Positions 1-15,000 of a stretch of 64,000 nt of DNA are shown one piece after another. The DNA comes from Neoechinorhynchus agilis (taxonomy: Eukaryota; Animalia; Acanthocephala), in assembly GCA_051530055.1 (NCBI GenBank), contig CM121343.1:342389-406388 (forward strand), written 5' to 3'. A model generated the notes under the pieces. That model ran no database searches, was not told where the DNA came from, and was given only the letters and a program-made list of their open reading frames with translations. The first letter of the stretch is position 1. Each line of letters opens with the position of its first letter. The translations under genes and the position numbers were made by a program.

Positions 1-3000
1 TGTTCTTGTGGTCAAATCACCGAAAAAACATCGGATCAACCGGATTTTAGAACCGAAAAGATCGCGTCAAGATGCGGACCGATTAATCCCAGAATCGGCT
101 GTATTCTATTTATAAATCTGTTCTTGCTGTCAAATCACGGTAAAACATCCGATCCACCGGATTTTAGGACCGAAAAGATCGCGTCAAGGTGCGAACCGAT
201 TAGCCCCAGAATCGGCTGTATTCGGTTTATAAATCTGTTCTTGCGGTCAAATCACCGGTAAAACATCGGATCAACCGGATTTTAGAACCGAAAAGATCGC
301 GTCAAGATGCGGACCTATTAATCCCAGAATCGGCCGTATTCTATTTATAAATCTGTTCTTGCTGTCAAATCACGGTAAAAGATCCGATCTACCGGATTCT
401 GGGACCGAAAAGAAAGCGTCAAGATGCGGACCGATTAATCTCAGAATCGGCTGTATTCTAATTATAAATCTGTTCTTGCTGTCAAATCACGGTAAAACAT
501 CCGATCTACCGGATTTTAGCACCGAAACGATCGCGTCCAGATGCGAACCGATTAGCCCCAGAATCGGCTGTATTCTTTTTATAAATCTTTTCTTGCGGTC
601 AAATCACCGGTAAAACATCGGATCAACCGGATTTTAGAACCGAAAAGATCGCGTCAAGATGCGGACCGATTAATCCCAGAATCGGCTGTATTCTATTTAT
701 AAATCTGTTCTTGCTGTCAAATCACGGTAAAACATCCGATCTACCGGATTTTAGCACCGAAACGATCGCGTCCAGATGCGAACCGATTAGACCCAGAATC
801 GGCTGTATTCTGTTTATAAATCTTTTCTTGCGGTCAAATCATCGGTAAAACATCGGATCAACCGGATTTTAGAACCGAAAAGATCGCGTCCAGATTCGAA
901 CCGATTAGCCCCAGAATCGGCTGTATTCTCTTTATAAATCTGTTCTTGCGGTCAAATCACCGGTAAAACATCGGATCAACCGGATTTTAGAACCGAAAAG
1001 ATCGCGTCAAGATGCGGACCGATTGATCCCAGAATCGGCTGTATTCTCTTTATAAATCTGTTCTTGCGGTCAAATCACCGATAAAACGTCGGATCAACCG
1101 GATTTTAGTACCGAAAAGATCGCGTCCAGATGCGAACCGATTAGCCCCAGAATCGGCTGTATTCTATTTATAAATCTGTTTTTGCGGTCAAATCACCGGT
1201 AAAACATCGGATCAACCGGATTTTAGAACCGAAAAGATCGCGTCCAGATGCGGACCGATTAGCCCCAGAATCGGCTGTATTCTCTTTATAAATCTGTTCT
1301 TGCGGTCAAATCACCGGTAAAACATCGGATCAACCGGATTTTAGAACCGAAAAGATCGCGTCCAGATGCGGACCGATTAGCCCCAGAATCGGCTGTATTC
1401 TCTTTATAAATCTGTTCTTGCGGTCAAATCACCGGTAAAACATCGGATCAACCGGATTTTAGAACCGAAAAGATCGCGTCAAGATGCGGACCGATTAATC
1501 CCAGAATCGGCTGTATTCTATTTATAAATCTGTTCTTGCTGTCAAATCACGGTAAAACATCCGATCTACCGGATTTTAGAACCGAAAAGATCGCGTCCAG
1601 ATGCGAACCGATTAGCCCCAGAATCGGCTGTATTCTCTTTATAAATCTGTTCTTGCGGTCAAATCACCGGTAAAACATCGGATCAACCGGATTTTAGAAC
1701 CGAAAAGATCGCGTCAAGATGCGGACCGATTAATCCCAGAATCGGCTGTATTCTATTTATAAATCTGTTCTTGCTGTCAAATCACGGTAAAACATCCGAT
1801 CTACCGGATTTTAGGACCGAAAAGATCGCGTCAAGATGCGAACCGATTAGCCCCAGAATCGGCTGTATTCTCTTTATAAATCTGTTCTTGCGGTCAAATC
1901 ACCGGTAAAACATCGGATCAACCGGATTTTAGAACCGAAAAGATCGCGTCAAGATGCGAACCGATTAGCCCCAGAATCGGCTGTATTCTCTTTATAAATC
2001 TGTTCTTGCGTTCAAATCCGGTAAAACATCGGATCAACCGGATTTTAGAACCGAAAAGATCGCGTCAAGATGCGGACCGATTAATCCCAGAATCGGCTGT
2101 ATTCTATTTATAAATCTGTTCTTGCTGTCAAATCACGGTAAAACATCCGATCTGCCGGATTTTAGCACCGAAACGATCGCGTCCAGATGCGAACCGATTA
2201 ATCCCAGAATCGGCTGTATTCTATTTATAAATCTGTTCTTGCGGTCAAATCACGGTAAAACATCCGATCTACCGGATTTTAGAACCGAAAAGATCGCGTC
2301 CAGATGCGAACCGATTAGCCCCAGAATCGGCTGTATTCTCTTTATAAATCTGTTCTTGCGGTCAAATCACTAAAACATCCGATCTACCGGATTTTAGGAC
2401 CGAAAAGATCGCGTCAAGATGCGGACCGATTAATCCCAGAATCGGCTGTATTCTATTTATAAATCTGTTCTTGCTGTCAAATCACGGTAAAACATCGGAT
2501 CAACCGGATTTTAGACCGAAAAGATCGCGTCAAGATGCGGAACGATTAATCCCAGAATCGGCTGTATTCTCTTTATAAATCTGTTCTTGCTGTCAAATCA
2601 CGGTAAAACATCCGATCAACCGGATTTTAGAACCGAAAAGATCGCGTCCAGATGCGAACCGATTAGCCCCAGAATCGGCTGTATTCTCTTTATAAATCTG
2701 TTCTTGCGGTCAAATCACCGGTAAAACATCGGATCAACCGGATTTTAGAACCGAAAAATCGCGTCAAGATGCGGACCGATTAATCCCAGAATCGGCTGTA
2801 TTCTAATTATAAATCTGTTCTTGCTGTCAAATCACGGCAAAACATCCGATCTACCGGATTTTAGGACCGAAAAGATCGCGTCCAGATGCGGACCGATTAG
2901 CCCCAGAATCGGCTGTATTCTCTTTATAAATCTGTTCTTGCGGTCAAATCACCGGTAAAACATCGGATCAACCGGATTTTAGAACCGAAAAGATCGCGTC

Positions 3001-6000
3001 AAGATGCGGACCGATTAGCCCCAGAATCGGCTGTATTCTCTTTATAAATCTGTTCTTGCGGTCAAATCACCGGTAAAACATCGGATCAACCGGATTTTAG
3101 AACCGAAAAGATCGCGTCAAGATGCGGACCGATTAATCCCAGAATCGGCTGTATTCTCTTTATAAATCTGTTCTTGCGGTCAAATCACCGGTAAAACATC
3201 GGATCAACCGGATTTTAGAACCGAAAAATCGCGTCCAGATGCGGACCGATTAATCCCAGAATCGGCTGTATTCTATTTATAAATCTGTTCTTGCTGTCAA
3301 ATCACGGTAAAACATCCGATCTACCGGATTTTAGCACCGAAACGATCGCGTCCAGATGCGAACCGATTAGCCCCAGAATCGGCTGTATTCTCTTTATAAA
3401 TCTGTTCTTGCGGTCAAATCACCGGTAAAACATCGGATCAACCGGATTTTAGAACCGAAAAGATCGCGTCAAGATGCGGACCGATTAATCCCAGAATCGG
3501 CTGTATTCTATTTATAAATCTGTTCTTGCTGTCAAATCACGGTAAAACATCCGATCTACCGGATTTTAGCACCGAAAAGATCGCGTCAAGATGCGGACCG
3601 ATTAATCCCAGAATCGGCTGTATTCTATTTATAAATCTGTTCTTGCTGTCAAATCACGGTAAAACATCCGATCTACCGGATTTTAGAACCGAAAAGATCG
3701 CGTCCAGATGCGGACCGATTAGCCCAGATCAGAATCGGCTGTATTCTCTTTATAAATCTGTTTTTGCGGTCAAATCACCGGTAAAACATCGGATCAACCG
3801 GATTTTAGAACCGAAAAGATCGCGTCAAGATGCGGACCGATTAGCCCCAGAATCGGCTGTATTCTCTTTATAAATCTGTTTTTGCCGTCAAATCACCGGT
3901 AAAACATCGGATCAACCGGATTTTAGAACCGAAAAGATCGCGTCCAGATGCGGACCGATTTAGCCCCAGAATCGGCTGTATTCTCTTTATAAATCTGTTC
4001 TTGCGGTCAAATCACCGGTAAAACATCGGATCAACCGGATTTTAGAACCGAAAAGATCGCGTCAAGATGCGGACCGATTAATCCCAGAATCGGCTGTATT
4101 CTCTTTAAAATCTGTTCTTGCTGTCAAATCACGGTAAAACATCGGATCAACCGGATTTTAGAACCGAAAAGATCGCGTCAAGATGCGGACCGATTAATCC
4201 CAGAATCGGCTGTATTCTATTTATAAATCTGTTCTTGCTGTCAAATCACGGTAAAACATCGGATCAACCGGATTTTAGAACCGAAAAGATCGCGTCAAGA
4301 TGCGGACCGATTAATCCCAGAATCGGCTGTATTCTATTTATAAATCTGTTCTTGCTGTCAAATCACGGTAAAACATCCGATCTACCGGATTTTAGAACCG
4401 AAAAGATCGCGTCCAGATGCGGACCGATTAGCCCCAGAATCGGCTGTATTCTCTTTATAAATCTGTTCTTGCGGTCAAATCACCGGTAAAACATCGGATC
4501 AACCGGATTTTAGAACCGAAAAGATCGCGTCAAGATGCGGACCGATTAGCCCCAGAATCGGCTGTATTCTCTTTATAAATCTGTTCTTGCGGTCAAATCA
4601 CCGGTAAAACATCGGATCAACCGGATTTTAGAACCGAAAAGATCGCGTCCAGATGCGGACCGATTAGCCCCAGAATCGGCTGTATTCTCTTTATAAATCT
4701 GTTCTTGCGGTCAAATCACGGTAAAACATCGGATCAACCGGATTTTAGAACCGAAAAGATCGCGTCCAGATGCGAACCGATTAGCCCCAGAATCGGCTGT
4801 ATTCTCTTTATAAATCTGTTCTTGCGGTCAAATCACCGGTAAAACATCGGATCTACCGGATTTTAGAACCGAAAAGATCGCGTCCAGATGCGGACCGATT
4901 AGCCCCAGAATCGGCTGTATTCTCTTTATAAATCTGTTTTTGCGGTCAAATCACCGGTAAAACATCGGATCAACCGGATTTTAGAACCGAAACGATCGCG
5001 TCCAGATGCGAACCGATTAGCCCCAGAATCGGCTGTATTCTCTTTATAAATCTGTTCTTGCGGTCAAATCACCGGTAAAACATCGGATCAACCGGATTTT
5101 AGAACCGAAAAGATCGCGTCAAGATGCGGACCGATTAATCCCAGAATCGGCTGTATTCTATTTATAAATCTGTTCTTGCTGTCAAATCACGGTAAAACAT
5201 CCGATCTACCGGATTTTAGCACCGAAAAGATCGCGTCCAGATGCGAACCGATTAGCCCCAGAATCGGCTGTATTCTCTTTATAAATCTGTTCTTGCGGTC
5301 AAATCACCGGTAAAACATCGGATCAACCGGATTTTAGAACCGAAAAGATCGCGTCAAGATGCGGACCGATTAATCCCAGAATCGGCTGTATTCTATTTAT
5401 AAATCTGTTCTTGCTGTCAAATCACGGTAAAACATCCGATCTACCGGATTTTAGGACCGAAAAGATCGCGTCCAGATGCGAACCGATTAGCCCCAGAATC
5501 GGCTGTATTCTCTTTATAAATCTGTTCTTGCGGTCAAATCACCGGTAAAACATCGGATCAACCGGATTTTAGAACCGAAAAGATCGCGTCAAGATGCGGA
5601 CCGATTAATCCCAGAATCGGCTGTATTCTATTTATAAATCTGTTCTTGCTGTCAAATCACGGTAAAACATCCGATCTACCGGATTTTAGCACCGAAAAGA
5701 TCGCGTCAAGATGCGAACCGATTAGCCCCAGAATCGGCTGTATTCTCTTTATAAATCTGTTCTTGCGGTCAAATCACCGGTAAAACATCGGATCAACCGG
5801 ATTTTAGAACCGAAAATATCGCGTCAAGATGCGGACCGATTAATCCCAGAATCGGCGGTATTCTATTTATAAATCTGTTCTTGATGTCAAACCGCGGTAA
5901 AACATCCGATCTACCGGAATTTAGGACCGAAAAGATCGCGTCCAGATGCGAACCGATTAGCCCCAGAATCGGCTGTATTCTCTTTACAAATCTGTTCTTG

Positions 6001-9000
6001 CGGTCAAATCACCGGTAAAACATCGGATCAACCGGATTTTAGAACCGAAAAGATCGCGTCAAGATGCGGACCGATTAATCCCAGAATCGGCTGTATTCTT
6101 TTTATAAATCTGTTCTTGCTGTCAAATCACGGTAAAACATCCGATCTACCGGATTTTAGCACCGATACGATCGCGTCAAGATGCGAACCGATTGGCCCCA
6201 GAATCGGCTGTATTCTCTTTATAAATCTGTTCTTGCGGTCAAATCACCGGTAAAACATCGGATCAACCGGATTTTAGAACCGAAAATATCGCGTCAAGAT
6301 GCGGACCGATTATTTCCAGAATCGGCTGTATCCTATTTATAAATCTGTTCTTGATTTCAAATCACGGTAAAACATCCGATCTACCGGATTTTAGGACCGA
6401 AAAGATCGCGTCCAGATGCGAACCGATTAGCCCCAGAATCGGCTGTATTCTCTTTATAAATCTGTTCTTGCGGTCAAATCACCGGTAAAACATCGGATTT
6501 TAGAACCGAAAAGATCGCGTCAAGATGCGGACCGATTAATCCCAGAATCGGCTGTATTCTATTTATAAATCTGTTCTTGCTGTCAAATCACGGTAAAACA
6601 TCGGATCAACCGGATTTTAGAACCGAAAAGATCGCGTCCAGATGCGGACCGATTAGCCCCAGAATCGGCTGTATTCTCTTTATAAATCTGTTTTTGCGGT
6701 CAAATCACCTGTAAAACATCCGATCTACCGGATTTTAGCACCGAAACGATCGCGTCAAGATGCGGACCGATTAATCCCAGAATCGGCTGTATTCTATTTA
6801 TAAATCTGTTTTTGCGGTCAAATCACCGGTAAAACATCGGATAAACCGGATTTTAGAACCGAAAAGATCGCGTCCAGATGCGGACCGATTAGCCCCAGAA
6901 TCGGCTGTATTCTCTTTATAAATCTGTTCTTGCGGTCAAATCACCGGTAAAACATCGGATCAACCGGATTTTAGAACCGAAAAGATCGCGTCCAGATGCG
7001 GACCGATTAGCCCCAGAATCGGCTGTATTCTCTTTATAAATCTGTTCTTGCGGTCAAATCACGGGTAAAACATCGGATCAACCGGATTTTAGAACCGAAA
7101 AGATCGCGTCCAGATGCGGACCGATTAGCCCCAGAATCGGCTGTATTCTCTTTATAAATCTGTTCTTGCTGTCAAATCACGGTAAAACATCCGATCTACC
7201 GGATTTTAGGACCGAAAAGATCGCGTCCAGATGCGAACCGATTAGCCCCAGAATCGGCTGTATTCTCTTTATAAATCTGTTCTTGCGGTCAAATCACCGG
7301 TAAAACATCGGATCAACCGGATTTTAGAACCGAAAAGATCGCGTCAAGATGCGGACCGATTAATCCCAGAATCGGCTGTATTCTATTTATAAATCTGTTC
7401 TTGCTGTCAAATCACGGTAAAACATCCGATCTACCGGATTTTAGACCGAAAAGATCGCGTCCAGATGCGAACCGATTAGCCCCAGAATCGGCTGTATTCT
7501 CTTTATAAATCTGTTCTTGCGGTCAAATCACCGGTAAAACATCGGATCAACCGGATTTTAGAACCGAAAAGATCGCGTCAAGATGCGGACCGATTAATCC
7601 CAGAATCGGCTGTATTCTCTTTATAAATCTGTTCTTGCGGTCAAATCACCGGTAAAACATCGGATCAACCGGATTTTAGAACCGAAAAGATCGCGTCAAG
7701 ATGCGGACCGATTAATCCCAGAATCGGCTGTATTCTATTTATAAATCTGTTCTTGCTGTCAAATCACGGTAAAACATCCGATCTACCGGATTTTAGGACC
7801 GAAAAGATCGCGTCCAGATGCGAACCGATTAGCCCCAGAATCGGCTGTATTCTCTTTATAAATCTGTTCTTGCGGTCAAATCACCGGTAAAACATCGGAT
7901 AAACAGGATTTTAGAACCGAAAAGATCGCGTCAAGATGCGGACCGATTAATCCCAGAATCGGCTGTATTCTCTTTATAAATCTATTTTTGTGGTCAAATC
8001 ACTTGGTTCGGTAAAACATCGGATCAACCGGATTTTAGAACCGAAAAGATCGCGTCAAGATGTGGACCGATTAATCGCAGAATCGGCTGTATTCTATTTA
8101 TAAATCTGTTCTTGCTGTCAAATCACGGTAAAACATCCGATCTACCGGATTTTAAGACCGAAAAGATCGCGTCCAGAAGCGAACCGATTAGCCCCAGAAT
8201 CGGCTTAATTCTCTTTATAAATCTGTTCTTGCGGTCAAATCACCGGTAAAACATCAGATAAACAAGATTTTAGAACCGAAAAGATCGCGTCAAAATGCGG
8301 ACCGATTAATCCCAGAATCGGCTGTATTCTCTTTATAAATCTATTTTGCGGTCAAATCACCGGTAAAACATCGGATCAACCGGATTTTAGAACCGAAAAT
8401 ATCGCGTCAAGGTGCGGAATGATTAGCCCCAGAATCGGCTGTATTCTTTTTATTAATCTGTTCTTGTGGTCAAATCACCGGTAAAACATCGGATCAACCG
8501 GATTTTAGAACCAAAAAGATCGCGTCCAGATGCGGACCGATTAGCCCCAGAATCTGCTGTATTCTCTTTATAAATCTGTTTTTGCGGTCAAATCAACGGT
8601 AAAACATCGGATCAACCGGATTTTAGAACCGAAAAGATCGCGTCCAGATGCGGACCGATTAGCCCCAGAATCGGCTGTATTCTCTTTATAAATCTGTTCT
8701 TGCGGTCAAATCACCGGTAAAACATCGGATCAACCGGATTTTAGAACCGAAAAGATCGCGTCAAGATGCGGACCGATTAGCCCCAGAATCGGCTGTATTC
8801 AATTTAAATATCTGTTCTTGCTGTCAAATCACGGTAAAACATCCGATCTACCGGATTTTAGGACCCAAAAGATCGCGTCCAGATGCGAACCGATTAGCCC
8901 CAGAATCGGCTGTATTCTATTTAAATATCTGTTCTTGCTGTCAAATCACGGTAAAACATCCGATCTACCGGATTTTAGGACACAAAAGATCGCGTCCAGA

Positions 9001-12000
9001 TGCGAACCGATTAGCCTTAGAATCGGCTGTATTCTCTTTATAAATCTGTTCTTGCGGTCAAATCACCGGTAAAACATCGGATATACCGGATTTTAGGACC
9101 GAAAAGATCGCGTCCAGATGCGAACCGATTAGCCCCTGAATCGGCTGTATTCTCTTTATAAATCTGTTCTTGCGGTCAAATCACCGGTAAATTATCGGAT
9201 CAGTCGGATTTTAGAACCGAAAATATCGCGTAAAGATGCGGACCGATTAATCCCAGAATCGGCTGTATTCTATTTATAAATCTGTTCTTGATGTCAAATC
9301 ACGGTAAAACATCCGATCTACCGGATTTTAGGACCGAAAAGATCGCGTCCAGATGCGAACCGATTAGCCCCAGAATCGGCTGTATTCTCTTTATAAACCT
9401 GTTCTTGAGGTCAAATCAATGGTAAAACATCGGATAAACCGGATTTCAGAACCGAAAAGATCGCGTCAAGATTCGGACCGATTAATCCCAGAATCGGCTG
9501 TATTCAATTTAAATATCTGTTCTTGCTGTCAAATCACGGTAAAACATCCGATCTACCGGATTTTAGGACCCAAAAGATCGCGTCCAGATGCGAACCGATT
9601 AGCCCCAGAATCGGCTGTATTCTATTTAAATATCTGTTCTTGCTGTGAAATCACGGTAAAACATCCGATCTACCGGATTTTAGGACACAAAAGATCGCGT
9701 CCAGATGCGAACCGATTAGCCTTAGAATCGGCTGTATTCTCTTTATAAATCTGTTCTTGCGGTCAAATCACCGGTAAAACATCGGATATACCGGATTTTA
9801 GAACCGAAAAGGTCGCGTCCAGATGCGGACCGATTATCCCCAGAATCGGCTGTATTCTCTTTATAAATCTGTTTTTGCGGTCAAATCACCGGTAAAACAT
9901 CGGATAAACCGGATTTTAGAACCGAAAATATCGCGTCAAGATGCGGACTGATTAGCCCCAGAATCGGCTTTATTCTTTTTATAAATCTGTTCTTGTGGTC
10001 AAATCACCGGTAAAATATCGGATAAACCGGATTTTAGAACCGAAAAGATCGCGTCAAGATGCGGACCGATTAGTTCCAGAATCGGCTTTATTCTCTTTAT
10101 AGATCTGTTCTTGCGGTCAAATCACCGGTAAAACATCGGATCAACCGGATTTTAGAACCAAAAAGATCGCGTCCAGATGCGGACCGATTAGCCCTAGAAT
10201 CGGCTGTATTCTCTTTATAAATCTGTTCTTGCGGCCAAATCACCGGTAAAACATCGGATCAACCGGATTTTAGAACCGAAAAGATCGCGTCAAGATGCGG
10301 ACCGATTAGCCCGAGAATCGGCTGTATTCTCTTTATAAATCTGTTCTTGCGGTCAAATCACCGGTAAAAAATCGGATCAACCGTATTTTGGAACCGAAAA
10401 GATCGCGTCCAGATGCGAACCGATTAGCCCCAGAATCGCCTGTATTCTCTTTATAAATCTGTTCCTGCGGCCAAATCACCGGTAAAACATCGGATCGACC
10501 GGATTTTAGAACCGAAAAGATCGCGTCAAGATGCGGACCGATTAATCCCAGAATCGGCTGTATTCTATTTATAAATCTGTTCTTGCGGTCAAATCACCGG
10601 TAAAACATCGGATCAACCGGATTTTAAAACCGAAAAGATCGCGTCAAGATGCGGACCGATTAATCCCAGAATCGGCTGTATTCTATTTATAAATCTGTAC
10701 TTGCTGTCAAATCACGGTAACACATCCGATCTACCGGATTTTAGGACCGAAAAGATCGCGTCCAGATGCGAACCGATTAGCCCCAGAATCGCCTGTATTC
10801 TCTTTATAAATCTGTTCTTGCGGTCAAATCACCGGTAAAACATCGGATCAGTCGGATTTTAGAACCGAAAATATCGCGTCAAGATGCGGACCGATTAATC
10901 CCAGAATCGGCTGTATTCTATTTATAAATCTGTTCTTGATGTCAAATCACGGTAAAACATCCGATCTACCGGATTTTAGGACCGAAAATATCGCGTCCAG
11001 ATGCGAACCGATTAGCCACAGAATCGGCTGTATTCTCTTTATAAATCTGTTCTTGCGGTCAAATCACCGGTAAAACATCGGATCAACCGGATTTTAGAAC
11101 CGAAAAGATCGCGTCAAGATGCGGACCGATTAATCCCAGAATCGGCTGTATTCTATTTATAAATCTGTTCTTGCTGTCAAATCACGGTAAAACATCCGAT
11201 CTACCGGATTTTAGGACCGAAAAGATCGCGTCCAGATGCGAACCGATTAGCCCCAGAATCGGCTGTATTCTCTTTATAAATCTGTTCTTGCGGTCAAATC
11301 ACCGGTAAAACATCGGATCAACCGGATTTTAGAACCGAAAAGATCGCGTCAAGATGCGGACCGATTAATCCCAGAATCGGCTGTATTCTCTTTATAAATC
11401 TGTTCTTGCGGTCAAATCACCGGTAAAACATCGGATCAACCGGATTTTAGAACCGAAAAGATCGCGTCAAGATGCGGACCGATTAACCCAGAATCGGCTG
11501 TATTCTATTTATAAATCTGTTCTTGCGGTCAAATCACCGGTAAAACATCGGATCAACCGGATTTTAGAACCGAAAAGATCGCGTCCAGATGCGGACCGAT
11601 TAGCCCCAGAATCGGCTGTATTCTCTTTATAAATCTGTTCTTGCGGTCAAATCACCGGTAAAACATCGGATCAACCGGATTTTAGAACCGAAAAGATCGC
11701 GTCAAGATGCGGACCGATTAGCCCCAGAATCGGCTGTATTCTCTTTATAAATCTGTTCTTGCGGTCAAATCACCGGTAAAACATCGGATCAACCGGATTT
11801 TAGAACCGAAAAGATCGCGTCAAGATGCGGACCGATTAGCCCCAGAATCGGCTGTATTCTCTTTATAAATCTGTTCTTGCGGTCAAATCACCGGTAAAAC
11901 ATCGGATCAACCGGATTTTAGAACCGAAAAGATCGCGTCAAGATGCGGACCGATTAGCCCCAGAATCGGCTGTATTTCTCTTTATAAATCTGTTCTTGCG

Positions 12001-15000
12001 GTCAAATCACCGGTAAAACATCGGATCAACCGGATTTTAGAACCGAAAAGATCGCGTCAAGATGCGGACCGATTAATCCCAGAATCGGCTGTATTCTATT
12101 TATAAATCTGTTCTTGCTGTCAAATCACGGTAAAACATCCGATCTACCGGATTTTAGAACCGAAAAGATCGCGTCCAGATGCGAACCGATTAGCCCCAGA
12201 ATCGGCTGTATTCTCTTTATAAATCTGTTCTTGCGGTCAAATCACCGGTAAAACATCGGATCAACCGGATTTTAGAACCGAAAAGATCGCGTCAAGATGC
12301 GGACCGATTAGCCCCAGAATCGGCTGTATTCTCTTTATAAATCTGTTTTTGCGGTCAAATCACCGGTAAAACATCGGATCAACCGGATTTTAGAACCGAA
12401 AAGATCGCGTCCAGATGCGGACCGATTAGCCCCGAATCGGCTGTATTCTCTTTATAAATCTGTTCTTGCGGTCAAATCACCGGTAAAACATCGGATCAAC
12501 CGGATTTTAGAACCGAAAAGATCGCGTCAAGATGCGGACCGATTAATCCCAGAATCGGCTGTATTCTCTTTATAAATCTGTTCTTGCGGTCAAATCACCG
12601 GTAAAACATCGGATCAACCGGATTTTAGAACCGAAAAGATCGCGTCAAGATGCGGACCGATTAGCCCCAGAATCGGCTGTATTCTCTTTATAAATCTGTT
12701 CTTGCGGTCAAATCACCGGTAAAACATCGGATCAACCGGATTTTAGAACCGAAAAGATCGCGTCAAGATGCGGACCGATTAGCCCCAGAATCGGCTGTAT
12801 TCTCTTTATAAATCTGTTCTTGCGGTCAAATCACCGGCAAAACATAGGATCAACCGGATTTTAGAACCGAAAAGATCGCGTCAAGATGCGGACCGATTAA
12901 TCCCAGAATCGGCTGTATTCTCTTTATAAATCTGTTCTTGCGGTCAAATCACCGGTAAAACATCGGATCAACCGGATTTTAGAACCGAAAAGATCGCGTC
13001 AAGATGCAGACCGATTAGCCAAAGAATCGGCTTTATTCCCTTCATAAATCTGTTTTTGCGGTCAAATCACCGGTAAAACATCGGATCAACCGGATTTTAG
13101 AACAGAAAAGATTGCGTCCAGATGCGGACCTGTTAACCCCAGAATCGGCTGTATTCTCTTTATAAATCTGTTCTTGCGGCCAAATCACCGGCAAAACATC
13201 GGATCAACCCGATTTTAGGACCGAAAACATCACGCCCAGATGCGAACCGATTAGCCCAAAGATCGTCTGTATTCTCTTTATAAATCTGTTCTTGCATTCA
13301 AATCACCGGCAAAACATCGGATCAACCGGATTTTAGAACCGAAAAGATCGCGTCCAGATGCGGACCGATTAACCCCAGAATCGGCTGTATTCTCTTTATA
13401 AATCTGTTTTTGCGGTCAAATCACCGGTAAAAAATCGGATCAACCGGATTTTAGAACCGAAAAGATAGCGTCAAGATGCGGACCGATTAACCCCAGAATC
13501 GGCTGTATTCTCTTTATAAATCTGTTTTTGCGGTCAAATCACCGGCAAAACATACGATCAACCGGATTTTGGGACCGAAAACATCGCGTCCAGATGCGAA
13601 CCGATTAGCCTCAGAATCGGCTGTATTCTCTTTATAAATCTGTTCTTGCGGTCAAATCACCGGCAAAACATCGGATCAACCGGATTTTAGAACCGAAAAG
13701 ATCGGGTCAAGATGCGGACCGATTAGCCCCAGAATCGGCAGTATTCTCTTTATAAATCTGTTTTTGCGGTCAAATCACCGGTAAAACATCCGATCTACCG
13801 GATTTTAGGACCGAAAAGATCGCGTCCAGATGCGAACCGATTAGCCCCAGAATCGGCTGTATTCTATTTATAAATCTGTTCTTGCTGTCAAATCACGGTA
13901 AAACATCCGATCTACCGGATTTTAGGACCCAAAAGATCGCGTCCAGATGCGAACCGATTAGCCTTAGAATCGGCTGTATTCTCTTTATAAATCTGTTCTT
14001 GCGGTCAAATCACCGGTAAAACATCGGATATACCGGATTTTAGGACCGAAAAGATCGCGTCCAGATGCGAACCGATTAGCCCCTGAATCGGCTGTATTCT
14101 CTTTATAAATCTGTTCTTGCGGTCAAATCACCGGTAAATTATCGGATCAGTGGGATTTTAGAACCGAAAATATCGCGTAAAGATGCGGACCGATTAATCC
14201 CAGAATCGGCTGTATTCTATTTATAAATCTGTTCTTGATGTCAAATCACGGTAAAACATCCGATCTACCGGATTTTAGGACCGAAAAGATCGCGTCCAGA
14301 TGCGAACCGATTAGCCCCAGAATCGGCTGTATCTTCTTTATAAACCTGTTCTTGAGGTCAAATCAATGGTAAAACATCGGATAAACCGGATTTCAGAACC
14401 GAAAAGATCGCGTCAAGATTCGGACCGATTAATCCCAGAATCGGCTGTATTCAATTTAGATATCTGTTCTTGCTGTCAAATCACGGTAAAACATCCGATC
14501 TACCGGATTTTAGGACCCAAAAGATCGCGTCCAGATGCGGACCGATTAGCCCCAGAATCGGCTGTATTCTCTTTATAAATCTGTTTTTGCGGTCAAATCA
14601 CCGGTAAAACATCGGATCAACCGGATTTTAGAACCGAAAAGATCGCGTAAAGATGCGGACCGATTAGCCCGAGAATCGGCTGTATTCTCTTTATAAATCT
14701 GTTCTTGCGGTCAAATCACCGGTAAAAAATCGGATCAACCGTATTTCGGAACCGAAACGATCGCGTCCAGATGCGAACCGATTAGCAGAAGAATCGCCTG
14801 TATTCTCTTTATAAATCTGTTCCTGCGGTCAAATCACCGGTAAAACATCGGATCAACCGGATTTTAGAACCGAAAATATCGCGTCAAGATGCGGACCGAT
14901 TAATCCCAGAATCGGCTGTATCCTATTTATAAATCTGTTCTTGATGTCAAATCACGGTAAAACATCGGATCAACCGGATTTTAGAACCGAAACGATCGCG

